A stretch of DNA of 64,000 bases from a virus, in the IMG/VR virus record IMGVR_UViG_3300017765_000001, positions 32,001-96,000 of that record; one strand, given 5' to 3'. Made by a program: the position numbers and the translations under genes. The notes beneath the pieces were generated by a model. That model searched no databases. It was not told the origin of the DNA and worked only from the letters and a program-made list of their open reading frames with translations. How positions within the stretch are numbered: the first letter of the stretch is position 1; each line of letters starts with the position of its first letter. Positions 8,999-19,159 of the stretch are shown here, one piece after another.

Positions 8999-11748
8999 CC
9001 TCTCTTATACAATGCACCAAGTAATTGTGCCTTATAGTATCTATCTAAGGAATCACCACCCATCATCATCACCCTTGATTTACTTCTTATCATTGGTGAC
9101 TGTTGAGATCTTTGTGCTGCCAAAGGAATAGCAATTGTTTGTTCTGCTCCCTCTTCGTATGATGCTTTCCTCTGTATTGATGATGCAGTTGAAGTAGATG
9201 ATGGTGGAGAGGAATCTGCTAATGTGGCTGGACTTGTTTGAGTTGGTGCTGATTCAGGTTCCACATTTTGTGCTGCTTTATCATCATTATCTGGAGTTGC
9301 TTCTCTCCCCATTGTTGGATTATTCTGCTCACTTTCAACTGAGTCCAATGTTGCTGGGGGTGATGATTGTGAGACATCTTGTCCAGTGCCTTTGCCTGTC
9401 TTTGAGAATGAAACATTTGCTCTACTACTGGTTCCTGTCTCAATCATACCTGCCTCATCATTTCTTCTCCATGAATTAAGTCCATTATCATGTTTAGCAA
9501 GATTGTTTCTAAAGTAGTCAGCAACTGGTTGATAATCACCAGTTTCAATAGAACTCATAACTATTTCTGTTAAGGTCCTTCCAAGACTACCATAATTGAA
9601 TGCTTTGGACTCTAATGCAGCCCTTACATTTTCAGGTATTTTAAAATATTCAGATGATGGTATCTCTCTTAATACTCTCTGCCTATGCTCCTTTATGTGC
9701 TGCTGCTTTATCCACAATGCTTCCTGCTCTGTTATTGTGTCCCCCATCTTGACTTTACCAGATAATCTAAATCCAGAAGGATAGTATGTTGCCCCCATAC
9801 CTATGGTTGGAATACCTTTTGAATCTTTATATGCATTTGTTCTTAATCCTTCATAGCTCTTGAGTAGTGCAGCAAGATTTGCTTCAAATCCTGAAGCACT
9901 ACCACCCATCATTTTTTCTTGTGGTTGTGACTGTGCTTTTGTTTTAACACCAAATGCTGCCTTTGCTTCTTCTTCAGTTTTTCCTAAGAATTCTTGAGTT
10001 TCAGTGCTGTAATATCCTCCAGCTGCCTCAAAATATTTTGGTATTTCCTCCACAGGTGGTGAAATCAATTCCCCAGGTTTCATTGGGTCATCACTTAAGA
10101 ATGCTGCACCAATATTCCTTGCTATACCCATTGGATCAGTAAGAGATCTTGGATCAGGAATTTCTTCTATTCCAAATGTAAATCTTTGTAGTAAAGGATT
10201 TATCTTAATTTTGGGCAGTGAATCATACAATCTTGTAAAACCATTTCCAGCCCAATCCAGTGCTGCTTTTCCACCAGACAAAAAACTCTCCCATTTTTGT
10301 TTAAGTTGTTCTTTTGCTGCTTCTAAACCACCTTCATCTCCACCTTTAAGAAATGCAGTATAGAATAAATCACCAACCTCAGCACCAAGTAGTTCACCAA
10401 CTAGCATACCAATTGGTCCAAGGGGTGATCCTGCTAACCCCCCTATCATTGTCCCCAATGCTTTTGAAGTGGCTTGTCCTGCAGGTTCTCCTGATAATAG
10501 ACCAGCTACCAGAACAATCAATGGACCAACAATAGGAACCTTTATTTTACTAATTACACCTTTCAATCCAGAAAATAAACCAGATTTTTGTGCAAGACCA
10601 ATTTTTTCCTTTAAAATATTACCAATTGGTAGTTTGTTTATTATTCCTTTTACTTTTGTGACACCAGTTTGTGCTAATTGACCACCTTTTTGCACAACAC
10701 TAGTGGCAGCAGAAGTGACTTTTTGTGCTCCTGTGGCAGCAAACTTTGCTGCATCATCAACAAAACTTTTTGCACCTTTAAAGAAATTCTTTATTGCTTG
10801 TGGTGTCCTTGCTGCTAAGAACTTTGCTGCTGCCTGAGCACCTTGAGAAATGCCATTTACAATGGCATTTGCAATATTTTTAATTGTGTTAAATGCATTC
10901 TTACCAAAGTTAAATATTACATTTCCTAATCTTGTAAGTCCAGTCTTTACTCCTGTAGTAATTGCCTTACCAATCTTACTTGTCAATCCAGTAAAACCAC
11001 CAAGAATTTTACCACCAACATTTTTGACAATTCCACCTAATGCCCTAGCAACTTGTGCAAATGATCCAAGACCATACTTAAGAGTTACAAAAATTAAGTG
11101 AGCATTCTCTTTAAAGTCATTGAATAGTTTCTCTATCTCTTTGAATGCTTTGATTATTGCTACTATAGCTCCACCAATCAAAATATTAGTAAAGAAATTA
11201 CCAATTCCAAATTTTCCACCTACTGCTGCAGCACCTGATGAAGCACCACCTACTACTTTTTTGCCAGACTCTAATAAAGCTTCTCTTCTTTTTCTTGCTG
11301 CTTCTTTTCTTCTTTTTCTTTCCTCTTCTAAAATATCTTTATCACTTTCAAGTTGTGTTCTTGATGCATTACTAATGTCACCTGTAATTTTTACAATATT
11401 ATAAATTGTTTGAGTGAGTTTATCATATGCGATTTTTGGTGTAGGTTTTACATCTGTTGATGACTTATCTAACTTTGAGTCAAGAGACTTAGAGATATTA
11501 GAGATTGGTATTAACGGAGTAGATCCTACAGTTGTGATTGCACTTGATGGCCTTAATGCTAGTGCCCCACCTTTCTCTTTTTTTTCTTTCTTACCAAAAA
11601 ACTTATCCTTTATCTTTCCTTTTACCTTTTTCTTTGCTTTGTTAGTGATGAATTTTTTAGCGCCACCAGTTGCTGCTTTTTTAGCAAGAACCTTTGCTAC
11701 TGTTGTGATAGCTTTTATTGCTGTAACTGTTGCTGTGATTACTGCCAT
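8995..11748 (-). CDS. Tape-measure/hub-like tail protein with C-terminal GH24 lysozyme domain
   Basis: Ala/Gly/Lys-rich helical body; EGLRTNAYKDSKGIPT gives the E-x8-D-x5-T catalytic triad. Confidence 0.75.
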   Translation of the reverse strand: MAVITATVTAIKAITTVAKVLAKKAATGGAKKFITNKAKKKVKGKIKDKFFGKKEKKEKGGALALRPSSAITTVGSTPLIPISNISKSLDSKLDKSSTDVKPTPKIAYDKLTQTIYNIVKITGDISNASRTQLESDKDILEEERKRRKEAARKRREALLESGKKVVGGASSGAAAVGGKFGIGNFFTNILIGGAIVAIIKAFKEIEKLFNDFKENAHLIFVTLKYGLGSFAQVARALGGIVKNVGGKILGGFTGLTSKIGKAITTGVKTGLTRLGNVIFNFGKNAFNTIKNIANAIVNGISQGAQAAAKFLAARTPQAIKNFFKGAKSFVDDAAKFAATGAQKVTSAATSVVQKGGQLAQTGVTKVKGIINKLPIGNILKEKIGLAQKSGLFSGLKGVISKIKVPIVGPLIVLVAGLLSGEPAGQATSKALGTMIGGLAGSPLGPIGMLVGELLGAEVGDLFYTAFLKGGDEGGLEAAKEQLKQKWESFLSGGKAALDWAGNGFTRLYDSLPKIKINPLLQRFTFGIEEIPDPRSLTDPMGIARNIGAAFLSDDPMKPGELISPPVEEIPKYFEAAGGYYSTETQEFLGKTEEEAKAAFGVKTKAQSQPQEKMMGGSASGFEANLAALLKSYEGLRTNAYKDSKGIPTIGMGATYYPSGFRLSGKVKMGDTITEQEALWIKQQHIKEHRQRVLREIPSSEYFKIPENVRAALESKAFNYGSLGRTLTEIVMSSIETGDYQPVADYFRNNLAKHDNGLNSWRRNDEAGMIETGTSSRANVSFSKTGKGTGQDVSQSSPPATLDSVESEQNNPTMGREATPDNDDKAAQNVEPESAPTQTSPATLADSSPPSSTSTASSIQRKASYEEGAEQTIAIPLAAQRSQQSPMIRSKSRVMMMGGDSLDRYYKAQLLGALYKRG

Positions 11749-11749
11749 C

Positions 11750-14116
11750 TTATCCTACCACATTGTAGATTGATTTGATGACAATAAGTTCAGGATTATT
11801 CATGTCAATTGGAGAGAATCCATCGACTCTTGTCTGTCCAGCATTTGATGCACTATTTGACCCCTTTGGAGATGAATCACCAATAGGTGGGATTAAAGTT
11901 GCTTTGACTGCAGGTGCTGATGGTTGTGATGGTACAGATGCTGCTTTCTTTGATGAATTGTCTACTGTTGCAGTTCTAGGGGGGGTAGGACTGGCACTGC
12001 CAGATGATCCCCCTGATCTAGTATTTGACCCAAGAGCAACTTTCATTGAGGTTGGATTTGCTTGCTTCCAATACTTTAGAAAATCTTGTTCTGCTTTGGA
12101 CCCTGCTGCTCCACCTAAACCAACACCAATACAACCCAAAGTGCCATCGTCATTAATGTCATTGTGTATCATCAATCCACTTCTTGTACCAATTGATCCA
12201 CTTGAATTATTAACATAAGCAGACCAATGACCAATACCAGGTAACCCTGGATATGAACCATGCTCTTCAAATCCCATGACAGGATAAGTGCCATCTGGCA
12301 TGGGAGCATTACGAGTTGTTGATCTATCTTTCTGAGCGACATTCATTCCAGCATATGTGCCACTAATAGCAAGATATTTTGGACCTACTTGTTTACCTGC
12401 AGAGTCTTTCATAATAAAATCACCCTCAACTGTATTTCCAGTTCCCTTTACCTCAATCATTCCACCACCAGAAAACCCTCTAACTTTACCCATCTTTGGT
12501 TTATTTGTTCCACCACCCTCTTTATTCATTGCAAGTAAATTACCAGCACCCCAATAATTTACAGCAGATTTACTCATTACCATTTCACCTGGTTGGGCAG
12601 CAATCAACTGGGTATCAGCACCCATTCCTGATACCTTTTGACCTGAATTAGATGTAATTGATCCACCACTAGCATAAGAGAAATTATTTACTCTTTGAGG
12701 ATTTATATTTTGGTTCATAGATCCACCACCAATAAATCTTGGTGTATCCATTTTTAAATTGTTAACAACACCACCACTATTGTATTTTGGTGCATCCATC
12801 TTAAAACTATTAACCACTCCACCACTGTTAAATTTTGGTGTGGTCATATTGACAATAGGACTGAACACAACTCCACCTTCCTGCATAGCAGGGACCATCC
12901 CACCACCCTCTGCTCCAGCAGCTGGCATCTCTGTCTCACCACCTTCTTCTAAAAGTGGTATTTTTGGAATCTGTGGGGGTTCTAAATTTGGAACCTGGAA
13001 TTTTTCAATTGGGTCTCCACCAAATAAATTAATAGCATCATTAATTCTATCAGTTATAAATCCAATTCCAAAATTAAAATTATCAATCATTTTGTTTGGT
13101 ATAAAAAGCAGCACAGTGAATATCTTCTCAAGGGCATTATTAATAAAATCAATGAATCCATTGATATTGTTTATGATTGGATTCAACATTTTACCAGGAT
13201 TTTCAATAATATTCATCAGTGCTACAAGAGCACCACCAAGTAGTATGTTTTTAAAGAAATTCAATATCATATCAAGAAATCCACCCATTGGTTTGGTGGC
13301 TTTCTCTGCTTTCTTTACAGTATTACCAACTTTAGGTGTCTTACTCTCTAATTTTGCCTCTCTGTCCTTTCTTTCTGTTGTCTGCTCAATTTTATCTGCT
13401 TGCTTTACTGCATCTTCTCTCAGTTTAGTTTGTTCTCTAGTATTGCCAAGTATTTCCTCTAAGTTTTCCTCCATGGATGCAAAACTTGGAGCAAGCATAT
13501 TAAGTGCTTTCTTTTGTTCTTCATTCTCTGATTTTAGATCATCAATGACTGCTTGCTTTTCATCTTTATCATTTCTTATATCTTCTAAAAGATCATCTAA
13601 TCTCTTGTCAAAATCATCTGCAATATTCTGCACATCATTTATTACATCATCCAGTTTGGAATCAAATTCATCCCTTATAGACTGAGCAAAATCACTATCA
13701 ATATTTTGTGATTCATCCAGGTCTGGATCTGGTGGTAATAATTTTTGGGAATTAACTGATGGTCTTTTTGTGCTATCAACTTTTACAGGAGATAGATTGA
13801 ATAGTTTTTGTGCTGATTTTGTATCAGATTTCTTTTTTTCTTCTGCTTTTTTTACAAACTTATTGATATCAATCTTTTTCTTTGCCTGTCCTTCAGGAAC
13901 CTCTATCTTTTTAATTCTAATGAATTCATTGGTAAGATATGATATGTCACTGCTGTCCATGTCACCACCACCCATTCTAGCAGCAGCAATTTTTTCTCTC
14001 AATAATGTCTTATATGTACCAAAATCTATACCAATGGGGTCATCAACTCCCAAATATGTGCGCAGGATACCCTCATTAATCTCCTTATCTACATTTGTTT
14101 GGGTATCAAGAGCCAT
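11750..14116 (-). CDS. Tape-measure/hub-like tail protein with putative L,D-transpeptidase-fold (Tlde1/DUF2778-like) domain
   Basis: Coiled-coil N-terminus; repeated F/Y-x-x-GG-x-V motifs; AISG...PMPDGTY...GLMIHNDINDDGTLGCIG. Confidence 0.6.
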   Translation of the reverse strand: MALDTQTNVDKEINEGILRTYLGVDDPIGIDFGTYKTLLREKIAAARMGGGDMDSSDISYLTNEFIRIKKIEVPEGQAKKKIDINKFVKKAEEKKKSDTKSAQKLFNLSPVKVDSTKRPSVNSQKLLPPDPDLDESQNIDSDFAQSIRDEFDSKLDDVINDVQNIADDFDKRLDDLLEDIRNDKDEKQAVIDDLKSENEEQKKALNMLAPSFASMEENLEEILGNTREQTKLREDAVKQADKIEQTTERKDREAKLESKTPKVGNTVKKAEKATKPMGGFLDMILNFFKNILLGGALVALMNIIENPGKMLNPIINNINGFIDFINNALEKIFTVLLFIPNKMIDNFNFGIGFITDRINDAINLFGGDPIEKFQVPNLEPPQIPKIPLLEEGGETEMPAAGAEGGGMVPAMQEGGVVFSPIVNMTTPKFNSGGVVNSFKMDAPKYNSGGVVNNLKMDTPRFIGGGSMNQNINPQRVNNFSYASGGSITSNSGQKVSGMGADTQLIAAQPGEMVMSKSAVNYWGAGNLLAMNKEGGGTNKPKMGKVRGFSGGGMIEVKGTGNTVEGDFIMKDSAGKQVGPKYLAISGTYAGMNVAQKDRSTTRNAPMPDGTYPVMGFEEHGSYPGLPGIGHWSAYVNNSSGSIGTRSGLMIHNDINDDGTLGCIGVGLGGAAGSKAEQDFLKYWKQANPTSMKVALGSNTRSGGSSGSASPTPPRTATVDNSSKKAASVPSQPSAPAVKATLIPPIGDSSPKGSNSASNAGQTRVDGFSPIDMNNPELIVIKSIYNVVG

Positions 14117-14285
14117 TCCTTTGTTTTGCCTTTAATTCCTCTTCTTCTAAGTGTTGCTGAAGAAGTGCAACATAAATGTCACGCTCCCAGGGAATAAGAT
14201 TTTCTATCTCTGTCAAGCTATATTTATGGTACTGCATTAAGGCAAAATTCAATTTATAATAATTTTCAAGGTCCATATGGACCAT
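14106..14285 (-). CDS. gp51: Baseplate hub assembly protein gp51 (absent from the ORF track)
   Basis: Manual translation MVHMDLENYYKLNFALMQYHKYSLTEIENLIPWERDIYVALLQQHLEEEE...; follows gp26. Confidence 0.85.
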   Translation of the reverse strand: MVHMDLENYYKLNFALMQYHKYSLTEIENLIPWERDIYVALLQQHLEEEELKAKQRNGS

Positions 14286-14287
14286 GC

Positions 14288-15007
14288 CTATGCGAAAAAA
14301 CTGGACAATCCCTCCAGAACTACAGTGCTCTTTTTTTTAGTCTTTGGATTCACAATTGTCACCTCATGTGACAATTTTGGCATAGTTGTAAAGAAGTTCT
14401 CAATCTTCTTGAATTGTTGTGAATTCATCTGCTCAAGAAAATCAGTCAGTTCTTTTTTGCTACAATCTGCTGCAGCCCAGACCTCGTCTTCATTATAAAT
14501 TTTATCAATACATGCAGCAATCAAATTAAATGATTGATCCACACTTGTTTTTTCATTAAAATCAAAATTAGTTTTAATGAATTGTTCAAGTGATGGATAC
14601 TTCATTTCCATAATCAGGTCATCATCCAATTTAATTTTCTTGTCATGACCATCATATTCTTTGACTTCAATTTCATCAAGTGAAATTTCTACCTTCACAG
14701 ATGTTTCATTGTCATCAGGTGCAATAATATTAACTTCTACCTCTTCTCCCACAGACTTCCCTCTAATATTGAGAAATAGATACTCAATATCAAAGGTAGG
14801 AAGTTCCTCTACTTTTACACCTCTTGTTTTGATGCAAGATTGTAATACAGATTTGATGGCAGTTGTAATATCTTTTTGATCCTCACTCTCTAATGCCAAA
14901 ACAAGTAATTTTTCTTCTTTGACCAGAAAGGGTCTGTATTTTACTTCTTTCTTAGTTGATGGTAGCACCAAAGAATATGTTGGTGTTGCAATTGTTGGTA
15001 AAGGCAT
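14288..15007 (-). CDS. gp26: Baseplate hub subunit gp26
   Basis: MPLP.I.TPTY.L.LPST...YRPFLVKEEK...DIEYLFLNIRGKSVGE. Confidence 0.9.
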   Translation of the reverse strand: MPLPTIATPTYSLVLPSTKKEVKYRPFLVKEEKLLVLALESEDQKDITTAIKSVLQSCIKTRGVKVEELPTFDIEYLFLNIRGKSVGEEVEVNIIAPDDNETSVKVEISLDEIEVKEYDGHDKKIKLDDDLIMEMKYPSLEQFIKTNFDFNEKTSVDQSFNLIAACIDKIYNEDEVWAAADCSKKELTDFLEQMNSQQFKKIENFFTTMPKLSHEVTIVNPKTKKKSTVVLEGLSSFFA

Positions 15008-15035
15008 AACAACCTAAAAAATTCAGTGTGATTAT

Positions 15036-15860
15036 TTATGCCTTCTTTTTACCCTTTGGATCTTTATAAATTTCATTCTGATTGATGGCTTCAATTATTG
15101 TCATTCCTTCAGGAATATACTTAGTACCTCCAATACCAGGTGGAATCTGCTTTCCACTGACTGCTCTAAATCCTTTTCCTTTTTTATTCTTAACAAGGTC
15201 ACCTGGTCTCTCAAAATCAACTGAAATTGGGTCAATATTAATATCTAGGTACTCTCTTACATATCTAACATATGAAAAAGATACGGAGAATCTTAGTATA
15301 TCACTTGTTTCATAACTTATGGGTATGTTATTGATTGCAACTGGGAAGGCATCAACAAATGTATGATATAACTGTCTATCAAGTAAATCTTTTTCAAACT
15401 TATTGACATGTATGTTTGTCTTATATGAATCAGGAAAATGATTTCTAAATCCAACCTGAGTATTTTTATATGCAGAAATACCTCCAGGATTGTCACCTAC
15501 ACCTGATATCCAATCAATCCATCCCTCAAAGAATTCAATAATCTTATATTTTTTATCAACATAGAAAGTCATATCAAGAGTCTCATCATATATTCTTCTA
15601 TATGCTAATTTCTCTGTGACTCCCATGTAGTCATTGGTCTTATCATGAGTAGCAAGAGCACTTCCTGGCAGAGTAGTTTCATTACAAAGCAATTCTAAGA
15701 ATCCATTTTCACCACTATAATTTAATCCTCTACCTTCAAGCATTGTTGCAACATCAGCAGGAGGTTGAAACTTCACCATAAATTGTGAAGACTGTGCCAA
15801 GTTCATGAACCTGGATTTCAGTGATGAAGTAGATATTCTTCCTGAGCGTGCCCCCGCCAT
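15036..15860 (-). CDS. Tail tube-like protein (gp54/gp19 family)
   Basis: LLCNETTLPG...LDMTFYVD...FFEGWID...DAFPVAI...FSVSFSY tube-fold pattern. Confidence 0.65.
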   Translation of the reverse strand: MAGARSGRISTSSLKSRFMNLAQSSQFMVKFQPPADVATMLEGRGLNYSGENGFLELLCNETTLPGSALATHDKTNDYMGVTEKLAYRRIYDETLDMTFYVDKKYKIIEFFEGWIDWISGVGDNPGGISAYKNTQVGFRNHFPDSYKTNIHVNKFEKDLLDRQLYHTFVDAFPVAINNIPISYETSDILRFSVSFSYVRYVREYLDINIDPISVDFERPGDLVKNKKGKGFRAVSGKQIPPGIGGTKYIPEGMTIIEAINQNEIYKDPKGKKKA

Positions 15861-15861
15861 C

Positions 15862-15869
15862 TATAAATA
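15862..15869 (+). promoter_or_regulatory. T4-type late promoter TATAAATA
   Basis: Exact consensus ~25-30 nt upstream of gp4. Confidence 0.7.
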
Positions 15870-15891
15870 AACGTGATTACTATAACTATGT

Positions 15892-16368
15892 ATGATTAAA
15901 GTGGCAGGATCTTACAAGAGTAGATATAAACCTAGTCACCCTGAAAAATACAAAGGCAATTCCAGTAATATCATTTGTAGAAGTAATTGGGAAAGAACCT
16001 TTTGTAAGTATTGTGATCTAAATGAAAATGTAGTCAGTTGGGCAAGTGAAGAATTCAATATACCATATGTTTCACCAGTTGATAATAGAGTTCACAGATA
16101 TTATCCAGACTTTTTGATTGAAGTGAAAGAAAACAATAGAATTAAAAAATATGTAATTGAGATTAAACCCAAAAAACAAACAAGTCCTCCACCAAAAAAA
16201 TCAAGAGTTACTAAATCATACATCTATGAGTGTAAAACCTTTGAAGTGAATAGAGCAAAGTGGAGAGCAGCAAGGGAATTCTGTATAGACAATGGACTTG
16301 AGTTTAAAATCATAACAGAAGAAGAACTCTATGGATCAAGAGGAATACCTAGAAAGCGCAAACAATAG
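15892..16368 (+). CDS. gp4: Head completion nuclease gp4
   Basis: YKPSHPEKYKG...RSNWE...WASEE..IPY.SPVD..HRYYPDF...EIKP. Confidence 0.9.
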   Translation: MIKVAGSYKSRYKPSHPEKYKGNSSNIICRSNWERTFCKYCDLNENVVSWASEEFNIPYVSPVDNRVHRYYPDFLIEVKENNRIKKYVIEIKPKKQTSPPPKKSRVTKSYIYECKTFEVNRAKWRAAREFCIDNGLEFKIITEEELYGSRGIPRKRKQ

Positions 16369-16708
16369 GTTTGAGTATATTGTGGATGACATTATCTCTG
16401 AATCGTCAGCAGATGATAGAATGCAGAAAATCTTGGAAGTTGCTACTGATGTTGAAGTTATCCCTGATGTAGGTAGATACTATACCTTCATATACGCCCC
16501 CAAAACACCCAGAATACAATATGACCAAAATCCACTGATAGCATGTGTTGAAGTTCAAAGGTGGGGATTCAAAGGTCTTAACTATCATTGGGGTGAAGTT
16601 AGAAATTATACCTGGAATGAAGTTATAGGACAGATGCATGTTATTTACCCAATGGAACTGACTGATTTGAGGTCTATTCCATATCAATATATTAGAATAA
16701 ATAATTAA
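16331..16708 (+). CDS. gp2: DNA end protector gp2-like protein
   Basis: GRYYTFIY.PKT..I.YD..PLI...GFKGLNYHW; located between gp4 and gp48. Confidence 0.6.
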   Translation: MDQEEYLESANNRFEYIVDDIISESSADDRMQKILEVATDVEVIPDVGRYYTFIYAPKTPRIQYDQNPLIACVEVQRWGFKGLNYHWGEVRNYTWNEVIGQMHVIYPMELTDLRSIPYQYIRINN

Positions 16709-16724
16709 ATAAAGTATCCTACCA

Positions 16725-18356
16725 ATGAGTCGTAAATATAAAAAAAATTTAGACGGGTGGGTAGCGCATTTGGATGAAGCAGGTCTCCCCACGAAAAAAT
16801 GGACTGGAGAGATAAGAATCAATAAAGAATTAAAAAAGAAGAAACAGGGTCAAACTGATAAAAAGAGAAAAAAACAAACACTTAAATTAGAACTTGACAC
16901 AGATCAAGGTGATTACTATGTTTATGAACCAGGAAGTGAAACACCAATATACAGATACAACCCAAGAGTTGATAAGGTAACGATAAGCGATGAAGAAAAA
17001 TTTGAGGAGTATTTTGTTGGTGATAAAAACAAAGAAAAACAACTAGAAAAAATTAGAAAAAATGCACTGTCAAGTATTCTTGCTTTAGCAGAGTCTGAAT
17101 ATGATAGAGCAGCAGCCTTAAGGCTGAATAATGATGAACCACGAAGAGATGATAAGAGATTGAAGAGAATACTTGAAAAACTTGAGAAGAAGAAAGGATT
17201 TAAATCTCTTAATAATACTGCTGAACCTGCTGAAATTGCTGAAGTAACATCACAAGACAAGGGTAAGAAGGACAAGGGTCCAAATACTCCAAAAGATGGT
17301 AAAGTTTCTGCCAATGTTGATGTGGAGTTAAGTATTAATACAGCATCTGGAGGATCTGGAGTATCTGGAGGATCTGGAGGTGGTGGTGGATCTGTGCAAA
17401 ATTCTGGTTCAGGAAATCGTATTGACACAGAGTCAGATATTGTCAAAACATCAATTGTGAGTCTTGAAATGCCTATAGAGACTCCTCCAGTTGCAGCAAT
17501 AAATGATGGTAGCATGAGATATCCAGTTATACCACCACCTTTTGGGTATGACCATATCAGAATCACTGCTTATGCTTATGTTGAGTCTGGACTAAGCAAG
17601 CAACAAGCTGAAACAACAAAAGACCTTAAGAAAAGATTTACTAAATCTTTAGGAGATGTTGTTTTACCCATGCAACCTAATCTCTCAGAAACAAACTCAA
17701 TTGATTGGGGTGGAGATAAAATAAATGCTCTTCAAGTTGCTGCTGCTGGTGTAGCTATGAGTGGTATTGAAAAACTTGGTGATTTGGATGTAGTTGGAGC
17801 TGTTACAGGAATGGCTGGACAGACCATGGGAGAGATAAAAAAAGCTTTAGCTGATCCAGCAACAAAACAAGCAGTAGCAGCATACTTTGCTGGTCAGGCA
17901 GTTGGTGCAAATGTCTTGACAAGAACAACAGGAACTGTCATCAATCCCAATCTTGAGCTTCTCTTCTCTGGACCAAGATTGAGAACTTTTAACTTCAATT
18001 TCAATCTTACACCAAGATCTGATGATGAAGCAATAATGATAAGAAGAATAATTAGATTTTTCAAAAAAACATCTACACCTTCAATTTCATCATCAGGTAA
18101 TTTTTTACAGACACCATCTGTATACTTACTAGAATATATTTTTGATCAGGATGATGGTGGACAACATCCATATTTGAATAAATTTAAACCATGTGCATTG
18201 ACTTCTTTTAATGTAAATTATACCCCTGATGGGTCTTATTCTACATATAAAACAGGATCAATGACATCATATTCTATAACTATGTCATTTGGTGAACTTC
18301 AACCAATTTATGCAGGTGATTATATCAATAGTTCAGGGGACGACATGGGATTCTAA
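16725..18356 (+). CDS. gp48: Baseplate tail-tube cap gp48 with long N-terminal extension
   Basis: INPNLELLFSGPRLRTFNFNFNLTPRS..EA...KPCALTS.NVNYTPDG. Confidence 0.85.
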   Translation: MSRKYKKNLDGWVAHLDEAGLPTKKWTGEIRINKELKKKKQGQTDKKRKKQTLKLELDTDQGDYYVYEPGSETPIYRYNPRVDKVTISDEEKFEEYFVGDKNKEKQLEKIRKNALSSILALAESEYDRAAALRLNNDEPRRDDKRLKRILEKLEKKKGFKSLNNTAEPAEIAEVTSQDKGKKDKGPNTPKDGKVSANVDVELSINTASGGSGVSGGSGGGGGSVQNSGSGNRIDTESDIVKTSIVSLEMPIETPPVAAINDGSMRYPVIPPPFGYDHIRITAYAYVESGLSKQQAETTKDLKKRFTKSLGDVVLPMQPNLSETNSIDWGGDKINALQVAAAGVAMSGIEKLGDLDVVGAVTGMAGQTMGEIKKALADPATKQAVAAYFAGQAVGANVLTRTTGTVINPNLELLFSGPRLRTFNFNFNLTPRSDDEAIMIRRIIRFFKKTSTPSISSSGNFLQTPSVYLLEYIFDQDDGGQHPYLNKFKPCALTSFNVNYTPDGSYSTYKTGSMTSYSITMSFGELQPIYAGDYINSSGDDMGF

Positions 18357-19015
18357 TGGCAAATCAGTACTTTTCTTACTTACCAGACTTTGAGTATGTT
18401 AGCAGATTATCTGGAGCTAACATTTCAGACTATGTAAGAGTTAAAAATCTATTTAAGAGAACAAAAGTCAATGACACAATATTTGGTGATTTAACCAATT
18501 TCACCAAATATAAGATTATTGGCAATGAAAGACCAGACCAGGTGGCTTTCAAGATTTATGGAGATTCAAATCTTGATTGGTTGGTAATGTTGACTAATAA
18601 TATAGTCAATTACCAGAATGAATGGCCACTACAAGAGGATGCATTCTATAATTACCTCATTGGGAAATATGGCAGTGAAGAGAAGATCTTTGGTGTTCAT
18701 CACTATGAAACTAAAGAAGTCAAATCATCACTTGGTGTGACTATTGTTCCACAAGGTTTAGAAGTGCCTTCAACTTATTCTGTGACATTCTATGATAATG
18801 GTCAGATGAAGACAGAAAGTTTATTGGATACTGTGACAAACTATGAGTATGAACAAAAGATACAGAATGACAGAAGAAATATATTTTTACTTAAAACACA
18901 GTTTTTAAGTCTCGCACTTGAAACTGTTGAAGATGTTCTTGCTAATCAATCAGGTAGTTCACAGTATGTCTCTGATGAATTAACAAGGGGAGAAAATATA
19001 AGATTATATCAATAA
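18356..19015 (+). CDS. gp53: Baseplate wedge subunit gp53
   Basis: YFSYLPDFEY...ERPDQVAFKIYGDSNLDWLVMLTNNI...EWPL...HHYET. Confidence 0.9.
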   Translation: MANQYFSYLPDFEYVSRLSGANISDYVRVKNLFKRTKVNDTIFGDLTNFTKYKIIGNERPDQVAFKIYGDSNLDWLVMLTNNIVNYQNEWPLQEDAFYNYLIGKYGSEEKIFGVHHYETKEVKSSLGVTIVPQGLEVPSTYSVTFYDNGQMKTESLLDTVTNYEYEQKIQNDRRNIFLLKTQFLSLALETVEDVLANQSGSSQYVSDELTRGENIRLYQ

Positions 19016-19022
19016 AAAAGGT

Positions 19023-19066
19023 AAAGGGGGCAAAAAATTCTGGAGAAATTTTTTACCCCTTTTTTG
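19023..19066. terminator. Probable bidirectional intrinsic terminator between convergent gp53 and gp32
   Basis: aaagggggcaaaaaatt...aattttttaccccttttttt inverted repeat with A/T tails. Confidence 0.6.
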
Positions 19067-19159
19067 GAATTAAAGGTGAATTTTAATTTCACCCTCTTAA
19101 CAGATTAATGTATGATGCTATCACAAGAAGTGTCAAACATATCTGATTGTATTTCATCA

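Noticed and set aside
12759-13685. Long antisense ORFs (also 16922-17566, 4840-5310, 30994-31470 and others)
   Set aside because: These are shadows of real genes on the opposite strand, with no recognisable motifs.
15892-16368. TnsA-like transposase
   Set aside because: Motifs and synteny (gp2, gp48, gp53) identify T4 gp4; no transposon ends were seen.
17340-17392. Short repeat array in gp48
   Set aside because: It encodes a Gly/Ser linker; low-complexity coding sequence only.
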